Below the pieces are notes generated by a model that was given only the letters and a program-made list of their open reading frames with translations, ran no database searches and was not told where the DNA came from. This document shows, in pieces, positions 8,617 to 17,140 of a stretch of 64,000 bases of DNA (the stretch's first letter is position 1; each line of letters opens with the position of its first letter). Location: the NCBI GenBank assembly GCA_964580285.1, contig CAZOKB010000001.1, forward strand, positions 9,366 to 73,365, in the 5' to 3' direction. Source of the stretch: an uncultured Bdellovibrionales bacterium (lineage in GTDB: Bacteria > Patescibacteriota > Minisyncoccia > Moranbacterales > UBA1568). A program made the translations under genes and the position numbers.

Positions 8617-9309
8617 ATGCATGCACGACTGATTATTACGGCAGATGATTATGGTCTCCGCGAAGCTTCAGAACCGATACTCGACTTAGCACGTGCTTCG
8701 CTTATTGACCGAGTAGCCGTACTTGCGCGTTTCGTTTCGGAAACGGAGGCTCAGCAATTGCTTGCAACCGGTGTGTCGATAGATATCCACCTCGAGTTAA
8801 CTCGTCTTTTGGGTCGAGGAGAGTCTGAAGGAGATGCTTTTCTGGTGCGTATGGGAAATTTTCTCTGGTGTCTGTTGGTAGGAAAACTGTCTCGAAGGAA
8901 AGTGGAGCAGGAATGGCGCGAACAGTTGGATCTTTTTCAACAGAAGTTTGGACGGCTGCCGGACGGCATGAATTCGCATGAGCATATCCATTTTTTTCCG
9001 CCTCTGTTCCGGTATTTTTTGGAGGTAGCTCGAGAATACGGTATAGGCTATGTCCGTTTTGGATCGTACGATACGATTGGTTGCCTGCGCTGGCATGCGG
9101 CAGAAGAAGTCATTTCTTGTTTGCACCGAGTAGACCGGTATTTCTGGAAACATGCACCCCTCACTACTTCGGAATACCTGGTGAGTGGTGACTGGATTGA
9201 TGACCCGGTAGATTTTCTTCGGCAGCTCCCTGCTGGGCGCACGGAAGTGGTGGTGCACCCGGAACGACCGCAGGAAAGAGTTCTGGTGCGAGCTTTGCAA
9301 CAGGGGTGA
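8617..9309 (+). CDS. YdjC/ChbG-family carbohydrate deacetylase-like protein
   Basis: The N-terminal ITADDYGL motif is characteristic of YdjC/ChbG/HpnK. Confidence 0.65.
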   Translation: MHARLIITADDYGLREASEPILDLARASLIDRVAVLARFVSETEAQQLLATGVSIDIHLELTRLLGRGESEGDAFLVRMGNFLWCLLVGKLSRRKVEQEWREQLDLFQQKFGRLPDGMNSHEHIHFFPPLFRYFLEVAREYGIGYVRFGSYDTIGCLRWHAAEEVISCLHRVDRYFWKHAPLTTSEYLVSGDWIDDPVDFLRQLPAGRTEVVVHPERPQERVLVRALQQG

Positions 9310-9448
9310 CAATAACAGAACGATATGCTAGGCTAAGAAGATTTCTTTTTCTGTATCCAGGAAGCCTCTCTTTATTTCCAGTTCTGAACCGAGAGTGAAG
9401 AAGCAAGGTTTTTTTGGAAGAAGTATTCATATTATTGTTCTCACGGCC

Positions 9449-12016
9449 ATGACCACCAAGTCGAAAATCAAGAAAACAGAAGCGAGTACGCCTTCCGAAT
9501 GGATTGAGGTGCGGGGTGCGTGTACGCATAACCTCAAGAATATCGATGTCGATATGCCACGGAACCGGATGGTGGTCTTGACCGGGCTTTCCGGGTCAGG
9601 CAAGTCATCACTTGCGTTCGACACTATTTTTGCCGAGGGGCAGCGGCGTTACGTGGAATCTTTGTCCGCGTATGCGCGCCAATTCTTGAATACGATGCAG
9701 AAGCCGGATGTGGATGAGATCCGTGGTCTTTCGCCAGCTATTTCCATTGATCAGAAATCGGCGAGCCGTAATCCGCGTTCCACCGTGGCGACGGTTACGG
9801 AAATCTATGACTATCTCCGGGTGCTCTTTGCGCGACTCGGTCGGCCGCACTGCCTCACCTGTGATCGCGAGATCAAGAAGCTTTCGTCCGAAGAGATGCT
9901 GGAATTGGTCCGTGAGCGAGTAAAGAAAGCGAAACAATCAGGAAATCTCATTATTACCGCTCCGGTGGTTCGCGGGCGCAAAGGGGAGTACTATCAGCTG
10001 CTCTATAACGCTCTCAATAAGGGATTCTCAGAAATTTTTCTTGATGGGAAACGGCACAGTTTACGAGAACAAGTTCTTCTCTCAAAACACAAGAAGCATG
10101 ATATCGATCTTATTGTCGACGATATTCCTTTGCATGAGTTTGCTCAGTTTCCACAGACTTCAGAGGAACGGTTGTCAGAGGCCGTTGAGCGAGCGCTCGT
10201 AGAAAGCGATGGACTCGTGAAGGTGATGCTGGATGGAGAGGCAGTGATCCTTTCAGCGCGTTTCTCGTGTCCGTATGATGGCTTCTCGTATCCGGAAGTC
10301 GAGCCGCGGCTTTTTTCTTTCAATTCACCCTATGGTGCCTGTCAGGCCTGCAATGGTCTTGGGACAAAGCATTTTTTCGGTGACGAACTGTGCGAAGTGT
10401 GCCATGGTACCCGGTTGCGCGAAGAAGCGCTGCATATTTTGGTAGGTGGCAAAAATATCGTTGAAATTGTAGCGTTAACCACCCGTGAGGCCCAAGCTTT
10501 TTTTGAAGCGCTCGCATTGACCCCGCGTGAACAGCAGATCGCTTCGGTCGTGCGACGGGAGATTGGTGGTCGGCTCCAGTTTTTGCTCAATGTCGGTTTG
10601 GATTATCTCACCCTGGATCGGCGCGCCAATACGCTCTCCGGCGGCGAAGCGCAGCGTATTCGTCTGGCATCCCAGTTGGGGAGCCAGTTAGTCGGAGCGC
10701 TCTATGTGCTCGATGAACCGACGATCGGTCTGCACAGCCGAGACAATGATCGTCTTATTGAGACCTTGAAAAACCTCCGAGCACTCGGGAATACCATCCT
10801 TATCGTTGAGCATGATGAGGATACCATTTATGCGAGTGACTATATTGTGGATATCGGTCCGGGAGCTGGAGTGCACGGCGGAGAAGTGGTGGTGTCGGGG
10901 TTTTTGGAAGACCTTTTGATGGCGAAAAAAAATACTTCGGGGTCATTAACACTCGCCTACTTGCGTGGTGAAGAAAAAATACCCGTTCCGAAAATCCGTC
11001 GGCATAAGGATAAAGGCTCGCTCAAGGTGCGAGGTGCCCGGCTTTTCAATATCAAGGATCTGAATGTTGATGTGCCGCTGGGGCGCTTTATCTCCGTGAC
11101 TGGCGTTTCGGGATCGGGTAAGTCTACCTTTCTTTACGATATTCTGCATAAGAATCTGCAGGCCCGCTTTGATCGCCGCTACAAATCGAACGAAGTCTTT
11201 CATTGCAAGAGTTTTTCGGGCAGTGAATATCTTTCACGTGCAGTCATGATTGATCAGTCACCGATCGGGCGCACGCCGCGTTCTAATCCGGCGACCTATA
11301 CTGGAGCCTGGACGCATGTGCGGGACCTCTTTGCTTCGACGGAAGAGGCGCGGGTACGGGGCTGGAAGAGCGGCCGGTTTTCTTTCAATCGTCCTGGTGG
11401 ACGATGCGAAACGTGTGAGGGGAATGGTTTCATCGCGGTGGAGATGCACTTCTTGCCGACGGTGTATGTACCCTGCGATGTCTGTGATGGCAAACGCTTC
11501 ACGAAAGAGACACTCGAAGTGAAGTACAAGCATAAAACTATCCATGAGGTGCTCGAGATGACAATTGAAGAAGCTCATGCATTCTTCTACGAGATTCCGG
11601 CGATTGCGGATCGGCTCAAAACGCTCAACGAAGTCGGGCTCGGTTACTTGAAGCTTGGTCAATCAGCAACGACACTTTCTGGTGGCGAGGCTCAGCGGGT
11701 GAAAATCGCTTCCGAACTCTATCGACCGCATGTGGAACGAACCATCTATCTGCTTGATGAGCCGACCATTGGTCTGCACTATGCTGACGTGAAAAAGCTG
11801 ATCGAGATCCTGGACCGGTTGGTCGATAAGGGGAATACGGTGATGACGATTGAGCATAATTTGGATTTCATCAAATCTTCCGACTATGTCATTGATATCG
11901 GTCCTGAGGGTGGATCGGGCGGAGGGAAAATCGTGGCCAGCGGCACGCCGGAAGAAGTCGCTAAGGTAATCGAATCGTATACGGGGCATTATTTGAAGAA
12001 AGTCTTACGGGCTTAA
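9449..12016 (+). CDS. uvrA: Excinuclease ABC subunit A (shorter paralog, ~855 aa)
   Basis: Two ABC ATPase modules are present ([22 protein letters not shown] x2, GVSGSGKST) with zinc-finger CxxC pairs. The start is set at MTTKSK. The supplied ORF extends to 9395 with an unlikely leader. Confidence 0.9.
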   Translation: MTTKSKIKKTEASTPSEWIEVRGACTHNLKNIDVDMPRNRMVVLTGLSGSGKSSLAFDTIFAEGQRRYVESLSAYARQFLNTMQKPDVDEIRGLSPAISIDQKSASRNPRSTVATVTEIYDYLRVLFARLGRPHCLTCDREIKKLSSEEMLELVRERVKKAKQSGNLIITAPVVRGRKGEYYQLLYNALNKGFSEIFLDGKRHSLREQVLLSKHKKHDIDLIVDDIPLHEFAQFPQTSEERLSEAVERALVESDGLVKVMLDGEAVILSARFSCPYDGFSYPEVEPRLFSFNSPYGACQACNGLGTKHFFGDELCEVCHGTRLREEALHILVGGKNIVEIVALTTREAQAFFEALALTPREQQIASVVRREIGGRLQFLLNVGLDYLTLDRRANTLSGGEAQRIRLASQLGSQLVGALYVLDEPTIGLHSRDNDRLIETLKNLRALGNTILIVEHDEDTIYASDYIVDIGPGAGVHGGEVVVSGFLEDLLMAKKNTSGSLTLAYLRGEEKIPVPKIRRHKDKGSLKVRGARLFNIKDLNVDVPLGRFISVTGVSGSGKSTFLYDILHKNLQARFDRRYKSNEVFHCKSFSGSEYLSRAVMIDQSPIGRTPRSNPATYTGAWTHVRDLFASTEEARVRGWKSGRFSFNRPGGRCETCEGNGFIAVEMHFLPTVYVPCDVCDGKRFTKETLEVKYKHKTIHEVLEMTIEEAHAFFYEIPAIADRLKTLNEVGLGYLKLGQSATTLSGGEAQRVKIASELYRPHVERTIYLLDEPTIGLHYADVKKLIEILDRLVDKGNTVMTIEHNLDFIKSSDYVIDIGPEGGSGGGKIVASGTPEEVAKVIESYTGHYLKKVLRA

Positions 12017-12053
12017 GGGTGTTTAACAAACTTTAACCAAAACACAAAGAGGT

Positions 12054-12644
12054 ATGGAACATGTTTTTATCTTTCTTACTCAAGCCCTGCCTGATCATTG
12101 GATGCTGGCAACATTTATTGGAGCACTTGTGGCCGGAGAAAATGCGATTTTGGTTGCCTTGATCTTTGCTACAAAACAATCGAGCGGTATGATACTAGGA
12201 GTGTTAGTAACGGCCTACGTGGCTACCTTGATAGCAGATATCTGCTGGTACGTGTTGGGGAAGTATGGGTTTGCGTCTATGAACCGTAAACAGGCTTCGC
12301 ATGAAATTCCGGAATCAATGATCAAAAAACTCTTTGATAAGCATATTTTTTCCTCGCTCTTGCTGATTAAGTTTCTTGTTGGGTTGCGTGTTGTGCTCAC
12401 ACTCTATCTGGCTACCAAAAAAGAATTGACCTTCTGGCGTTACCTCTGGTTTGATTCACTCGGTATTATTCTCTTCCTCGGCGTCTTATTAGCTCTTGCT
12501 TGGTTTGTGATCGGTGGGACAGGAAATGCTCTGGATACTTACCAGATGATCGTGAGATTGGTTACGACGCTTGTCTTTATGACCTTTGTGACTCACTTAG
12601 CAACTTTCCTCATTCGTCGGCGAGCCCAGAGTAGCGAGTTATGA
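12054..12644 (+). CDS. Hypothetical polytopic membrane protein (weak DedA/VTT-like)
   Basis: The protein has about 5 TM helices. No diagnostic motif was found. Confidence 0.45.
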   Translation: MEHVFIFLTQALPDHWMLATFIGALVAGENAILVALIFATKQSSGMILGVLVTAYVATLIADICWYVLGKYGFASMNRKQASHEIPESMIKKLFDKHIFSSLLLIKFLVGLRVVLTLYLATKKELTFWRYLWFDSLGIILFLGVLLALAWFVIGGTGNALDTYQMIVRLVTTLVFMTFVTHLATFLIRRRAQSSEL

Positions 12645-13243
12645 GTGTTACTCGTGAATCGGTACTGTACGATGATTTCGGTCATTCGATCCTGATCCGT
12701 CGGCGACGCGGTCTCAAACAGTTGCGTATCGCTGTGGCTCACGATGGTCGCGTGACAGTGACAGCAGCGCAGATCGTGCCTTTCTTTTTGATTCAGCGTT
12801 TTGTTGAACGGAAGCGAGAATGGATTACTCGGACGCAAGAAAGTTTTCGAATAAAAGGATATGCTTCGAGGCTTTCGGATGAAGCACGGCGAGCACGTTT
12901 TCTGAAGTATCGGAGTGAAGCGCTCGTAATAGTGACAGAGCGAGTTCAGCAGTTGAGTCAGGAATTCGAATGTAGCCCGGGAAACATTACGATTCGCGAT
13001 CAGCGGACACGGTGGGGGAGCTGCTCGGCACGAGGAGCACTCTCGTTCAATTATCGGATTGTTTTTTTACCAGAGCATTTGGTGGACTATATCGTTGTAC
13101 ATGAACTGTGTCATCTCCGTGAGCTGAACCACGGGCCTCGTTTCTGGCGGTTGCTCGAGAGCATACTGCCGGATGCTGAGCTCCGTCGCGAAGAATTGCG
13201 ATCACTCTCGCTGCTCGATGCCGGACACGGTGACGGGCTGTAA
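12641..13243 (+). CDS. DUF45/YgjP-like zinc metallohydrolase (M48-type HExxH)
   Basis: The HELCHL motif sits in a YgjP-like context (LVDYIVVHELCHLRELNH). Confidence 0.65.
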   Translation: MSVTRESVLYDDFGHSILIRRRRGLKQLRIAVAHDGRVTVTAAQIVPFFLIQRFVERKREWITRTQESFRIKGYASRLSDEARRARFLKYRSEALVIVTERVQQLSQEFECSPGNITIRDQRTRWGSCSARGALSFNYRIVFLPEHLVDYIVVHELCHLRELNHGPRFWRLLESILPDAELRREELRSLSLLDAGHGDGL

Positions 13244-13272
13244 AAGATGTTTTTTATACACAAGACCTCGAA

Positions 13273-13360
13273 GATCTCCGGGGAGCACAAGGGTTTTTCC
13301 TGATGCCCGAGACTTCCGAGGCGATAGCAAGGGAAAAATTGCTTGTGTTCCACGGAGAAC
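13273..13360 (-). repeat. Dispersed hairpin element, copy 2 (reverse orientation)
   Basis: The core is GCCCGAGACTTCCGAGGCGATAGC. The arms tctccggggagcacaagggtttttcc and gggaaaaattgcttgtgttccacggaga are mutually complementary. Confidence 0.8.
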
Positions 13361-13384
13361 TATAACCCAGGAGGTGTAACAAAG

Positions 13385-13393
13385 TGGTATACT
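13385..13393 (+). promoter_or_regulatory. Extended -10 element TGgTATACT
   Basis: The sequence agTGgTATACTgag lies about 30 nt upstream of the ATG at 13423. Confidence 0.35.
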
Positions 13394-13422
13394 GAGTATG
13401 TATTATCCTTCATACCAAAACT

Positions 13423-14652
13423 ATGTGGTCATGGCTGCAGGGAAAGACGAATGAGGCTCCGAAGAGTGGAGCGGGACATGAAGAGGTCAGTGAGAAACGG
13501 ACGACCAAGGTCGGCTATCTCCTCCTGTTTTTCATGGGGCTCTTCATCGTGATCATCGGGCAGACGATCTTTAGTGATATCGGCCGGATACCGAATCAAC
13601 CAGAAGGCCTCTCTTCATGTTCGCGAGAATTTGCTGCATTACTGGATTCTCGCTGGGTCGATGCGCCGATTACACATACGGATGTCTACGCGACTGGATA
13701 CGATGAGATAAGAGACACCTACCAGGTGGATGATTTGACGAAGCAGCAGTGCCGGTTTAGCCGATACGAAGAAGCATCGGGTGCTGCCGCCACCTTGCGG
13801 GCCGCCTACCCGGACCTCAAGCGGTACTACGCGCTCGAGGATCCGATTAATCGGGTAGAAAGAGATCTGAATACTCTCAAACCAGAAAGGACTCTAAAAC
13901 AGGAAGCATACGATATCAGTTTGCAGGAGCGTCAGGCGGGTATTCCGACGCCGGTGATGGATTCGGAGCAGGCGGGGAGTTCCCTTAAGACGGATACGCA
14001 AGCCGTCATGAGGCTCGAGTCGGAGAGAAAGGCTCTGTTGTCCGAGCGGGCAGCTATCTTGGATGCGATCAGAGGCACCGCAAGCGGTTTTGAGACTGAA
14101 CGGCAGCGGGCGAAAGAGCTCTATCTATCAGCTTACAACTGGTATCGCATCAAGGTCTTCCTTCTCTCATTGCTTTTCGTTCTGCCGTTGTTCCTGTATG
14201 CGCTCAGGCGGTATTTTTCTTGGAAGCGCGAGGATAGCCCATATACTATCATCGTCGGCGCACTGCTTGGCGCTTTCTCAGTACTCTTGTTGCAGGTCGT
14301 TGGCATGTTCCTCTATGAGATCATTCCGCGTCGGATTATCCAATTGCTGATCGAGTTTTTCACGCAGTTTGCATTTCTGCGCTACGTGCTGTATTACGGA
14401 TCGGTGCTGCTGGTGATCGTCTTGTTCGGTGGCATCGTGTACTATATCCAGAAGACGGTCTTCAGCCGGGAGGCGGTCGCGCTCAGGTCTCTCAAGGATC
14501 GCAAGTGTCCGATCTGTTCCTTCTCAATCGACCTCTCCATGAAGCACTGTCCGAAATGTGGGCACCGGCTACAGTCCGAGTGCGCGAGCTGTCACGGAAT
14601 GCGCTTCGAGGACCTGCCGGTGTGTCATCAGTGTGGTGCGCGCCGGGGATAG
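13423..14652 (+). CDS. Hypothetical membrane protein with a C-terminal double zinc ribbon
   Basis: An N-terminal TM helix is followed by a coiled-coil region and then 3 TM helices. The C-terminus reads CPICS...CPKCGH...CASCHG...CHQCG. Confidence 0.55.
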   Translation: MWSWLQGKTNEAPKSGAGHEEVSEKRTTKVGYLLLFFMGLFIVIIGQTIFSDIGRIPNQPEGLSSCSREFAALLDSRWVDAPITHTDVYATGYDEIRDTYQVDDLTKQQCRFSRYEEASGAAATLRAAYPDLKRYYALEDPINRVERDLNTLKPERTLKQEAYDISLQERQAGIPTPVMDSEQAGSSLKTDTQAVMRLESERKALLSERAAILDAIRGTASGFETERQRAKELYLSAYNWYRIKVFLLSLLFVLPLFLYALRRYFSWKREDSPYTIIVGALLGAFSVLLLQVVGMFLYEIIPRRIIQLLIEFFTQFAFLRYVLYYGSVLLVIVLFGGIVYYIQKTVFSREAVALRSLKDRKCPICSFSIDLSMKHCPKCGHRLQSECASCHGMRFEDLPVCHQCGARRG

Positions 14653-14694
14653 TCTGTTGCCAAGGAACGTTCGGAATGAGTGTGTCTAATGTAT

Positions 14695-14786
14695 CGTCTC
14701 TCCGAGCCACGAAAGAAATTTCCCCCTTGCTATCGCCTCGGAAGTCTCGGGCATCGGGGAAAACTTCTTTCGCGTCCCGGGAGACG
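14695..14786 (+). repeat. Dispersed hairpin element, copy 3
   Basis: The core is CTTGCTATCGCCTCGGAAGTCTCGGGC. The arm cgtctctccgagccacgaaagaaatttccc pairs with ggggaaaacttctttcgcgtcccgggagacg. Confidence 0.8.
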
Positions 14787-14910
14787 ATTGACCCAGGAGA
14801 GATCTCGATGAATAAAATAATCTTTTTCATATCCGGGGGGCGTTCTAAGAGGATATCGAAAAAAGAAAAAGGACAACGGTGAGGTTGTCCTGGGTTGGGG
14901 GGGGCGGAGA

Positions 14911-15264
14911 CTAGTCGTAGTCTTCCGGCCGTTCGCCGGCGGCAGCCATTTGGCCGGTGAAAGCGCGTCGGTGGACGGGGAGCTTCTCCAGCGGTGGAGT
15001 CACGGGTTTTGAAGGAGAGACTGATTGCGACTGGATCTTCTTTTTAGCTTTTTCGGCCCAGAGCTTCTGATCGGTGCCGAGCGAGCGCTTGATGCGCTTT
15101 TCGACAGCCCGAAAAAGATAGTTGTAAGTCGCCTTTCGGGTTGGATCTGAATGAAAGACACCTTTTTTATGAACAGCACTGGCAAAGGCAGCCTTGAAAT
15201 CAAGATCGTTTGCGAGACCAAGGATAACCTGGTCGCGGAGGGCACACTCGAATTCTGAAGACAT
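14911..15264 (-). CDS. Hypothetical protein (117 aa, basic)
   Basis: The ORF has a plausible ATG. It is divergent from uvrC. No homology is recognised. Confidence 0.45.
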   Translation of the reverse strand: MSSEFECALRDQVILGLANDLDFKAAFASAVHKKGVFHSDPTRKATYNYLFRAVEKRIKRSLGTDQKLWAEKAKKKIQSQSVSPSKPVTPPLEKLPVHRRAFTGQMAAAGERPEDYD

Positions 15265-15326
15265 AGACTTCTCCTTGCGTAACGTACTGTTACATATTAT
15301 ACTACTTTTTCATGTTTTAGTCAACT

Positions 15327-16577
15327 ATGCCAAAGATACCGTGGACCGAAAAGATGGATATCGCTGTCTGGCGCCAGGATACGGTGCTGTTGCCGGAATG
15401 TCCGGGGGTTTATTTTTTCTTGGGAGAAGCAGAGGAAATTTTGTATATCGGGAAAGCAACCTCGCTGCGGGACCGGGTCCGGAGTTATTTCTCGGGAGAT
15501 ATCATAGAGACGCGCGGCCCGAAGATTGGGCTGATGCTTGAACGGGCGCAGATGATCGCATATCGAGTCACGGACTCGGTACTGGAAGCCCTGCTTTTGG
15601 AATCGAGACTGATCAAAGAGCACCAGCCGATCTACAATACGGATGAAAAAGATGACAAGAGCTTTAATCATGTAGTGATGACGGATGAAGAGTTTCCGCG
15701 TGTACTCCTGGTACGCGGACGGGATTTTGCGCAGGGGAAGTTTCGTGATCCGGTGCGGAAAATCTTCGGACCGTTTCCGGCTGGGACACAGCTACGTGAG
15801 GCGATGAAGATTGTACGGCGGATTTTTCCATTCCGGGATACGTGCGTACCCGGGAGCGGAACATTGTGTTTTCAAGCTCAGCTTGGTTTGTGTCCGGGCG
15901 TATGTGCAGGATCGATGCCGAGAGCCGAGTATCAAAAGCGGATTCGCAATATAGAACTCTTTTTTGAAGGCAAGAAATCGTTGGTAGTGAAAGCGATTGA
16001 ACGAACCATGCGAACGGCGGCTCAGGAACTCCGCTTTGAAGAAGCTGAGCAATGTAAACGGCAGCTTTTCGCTCTCTCTCATATCCAGGATCTAACGCTC
16101 GTCAAAGATGATTTGAGGGCGGTGCAGCCGCACCGGATCGAAGCGTATGATGTGGCGCATCTCGGTGGGGAGGAGACGGTCGGGGTCATGACAGTGGTTG
16201 AGCGTGGTCGACCAAACAAAGATGAATATCGGCAGTTCGTGTTGCGAGATGAACACGGAGGGAATGATCTTACAGCCCTTGAAGAGGTCTTACACCGTCG
16301 GCTGGGTCATGCGGAATGGCGTTGGCCGGAAATTATCGTGGTGGATGGTGCGTTATTGCAGCAGGGTGTGGCTGAGCGCTTATTAACTGAAGCAGGTTTA
16401 TTTCTTCCGGTGATCGGTGTGGTTAAAAATGCTAAGCATCAGCCTGACCACCTTATTGGACCAGAGGGGCTTCTGGAGCGGTTTCGTGCGGATGTATTGC
16501 TCGCTAACGCTGAAGCACACCGTTTTGCTCTGGCTCTCCATCGTAAGCGTAAACGTCAATCTTTTTTAGCAACCTAG
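15327..16577 (+). CDS. uvrC: Excinuclease ABC subunit C, short form lacking the C-terminal (HhH)2 domain
   Basis: The GIY-YIG motif is present (PGVYFFLGEAEEILYIGKATSLRDRV). A UVR domain (FEEAEQCKRQLFAL) and an RNase H-like endonuclease region are also present. The protein ends at 416 aa with no helix-hairpin-helix tail. Confidence 0.85.
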   Translation: MPKIPWTEKMDIAVWRQDTVLLPECPGVYFFLGEAEEILYIGKATSLRDRVRSYFSGDIIETRGPKIGLMLERAQMIAYRVTDSVLEALLLESRLIKEHQPIYNTDEKDDKSFNHVVMTDEEFPRVLLVRGRDFAQGKFRDPVRKIFGPFPAGTQLREAMKIVRRIFPFRDTCVPGSGTLCFQAQLGLCPGVCAGSMPRAEYQKRIRNIELFFEGKKSLVVKAIERTMRTAAQELRFEEAEQCKRQLFALSHIQDLTLVKDDLRAVQPHRIEAYDVAHLGGEETVGVMTVVERGRPNKDEYRQFVLRDEHGGNDLTALEEVLHRRLGHAEWRWPEIIVVDGALLQQGVAERLLTEAGLFLPVIGVVKNAKHQPDHLIGPEGLLERFRADVLLANAEAHRFALALHRKRKRQSFLAT

Positions 16578-16629
16578 AGGGGGGCGAAACGGATCTGGGT
16601 AGACACCGTGTCTTTGACGGAGCGGGGTG

Positions 16630-16658
16630 TTGACATTTTAAAAAGGGCATGGTACAAC
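16630..16658 (+). promoter_or_regulatory. Sigma70-type promoter TTGACA-N17-TACAAC
   Basis: The -35 hexamer at 16630-16635 is a perfect match. A 17-nt spacer follows, then the -10 hexamer TACAAC at 16653-16658. AGGAGAG and an ATG at 16692 lie downstream. Confidence 0.5.
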
Positions 16659-16691
16659 GAAAGACCCCTCTTTTTTGAGAAGGAGAGAAGT

Positions 16692-17036
16692 ATGAAGTGG
16701 ATGAGTCGAGTTGTTTTTATAGGAATCTGTATCTTGGTCACCATGACAGCATTGAGACGAGAAGAACATGGGGTCCTTTGGGGTCTTACCGCTCTGATTG
16801 TCTCTCTCGTTTTGTTCCTTTGGATGCTGGAACGGCAACGGAAATCCGTCTTGTTGGCTGAATTAGTGCAGGTGGACAGGGAAATGCATAGGTCTACGAA
16901 TAGTCTCGTGCATAGTCGGCTTTCTGCTCGACGGCAAGCCATTAAACATGAGCTGACTCAACGTTTTGGGATGACGTCTCAAACAGTTGATCAGCATTTG
17001 ATACGTTCCCATGAGCGGCGAAAAACGCGTCGCTAG
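16692..17036 (+). CDS. Small basic membrane protein (114 aa)
   Basis: The start is set at the ATG with the RBS AGGAGAG, downstream of the predicted promoter. The protein has two TM helices. The supplied ORF start at 16608 overlaps the promoter. Confidence 0.45.
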   Translation: MKWMSRVVFIGICILVTMTALRREEHGVLWGLTALIVSLVLFLWMLERQRKSVLLAELVQVDREMHRSTNSLVHSRLSARRQAIKHELTQRFGMTSQTVDQHLIRSHERRKTRR

Positions 17037-17066
17037 CCGGTACCCTTGGTGCCGGCTTTTTCTTTG
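17037..17066 (+). terminator. Rho-independent terminator (imperfect)
   Basis: The sequence is GCCGGTACCC-TTG-GTGCCGGC followed by TTTTTCTTT. Confidence 0.45.
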
Positions 17067-17140
17067 TGTTTACAGCCTCAAAGAAAAGCAGTACAATGAA
17101 AAAACTGTATCGATTTTTTTGAGAGCTTGCATTAAGGGGT

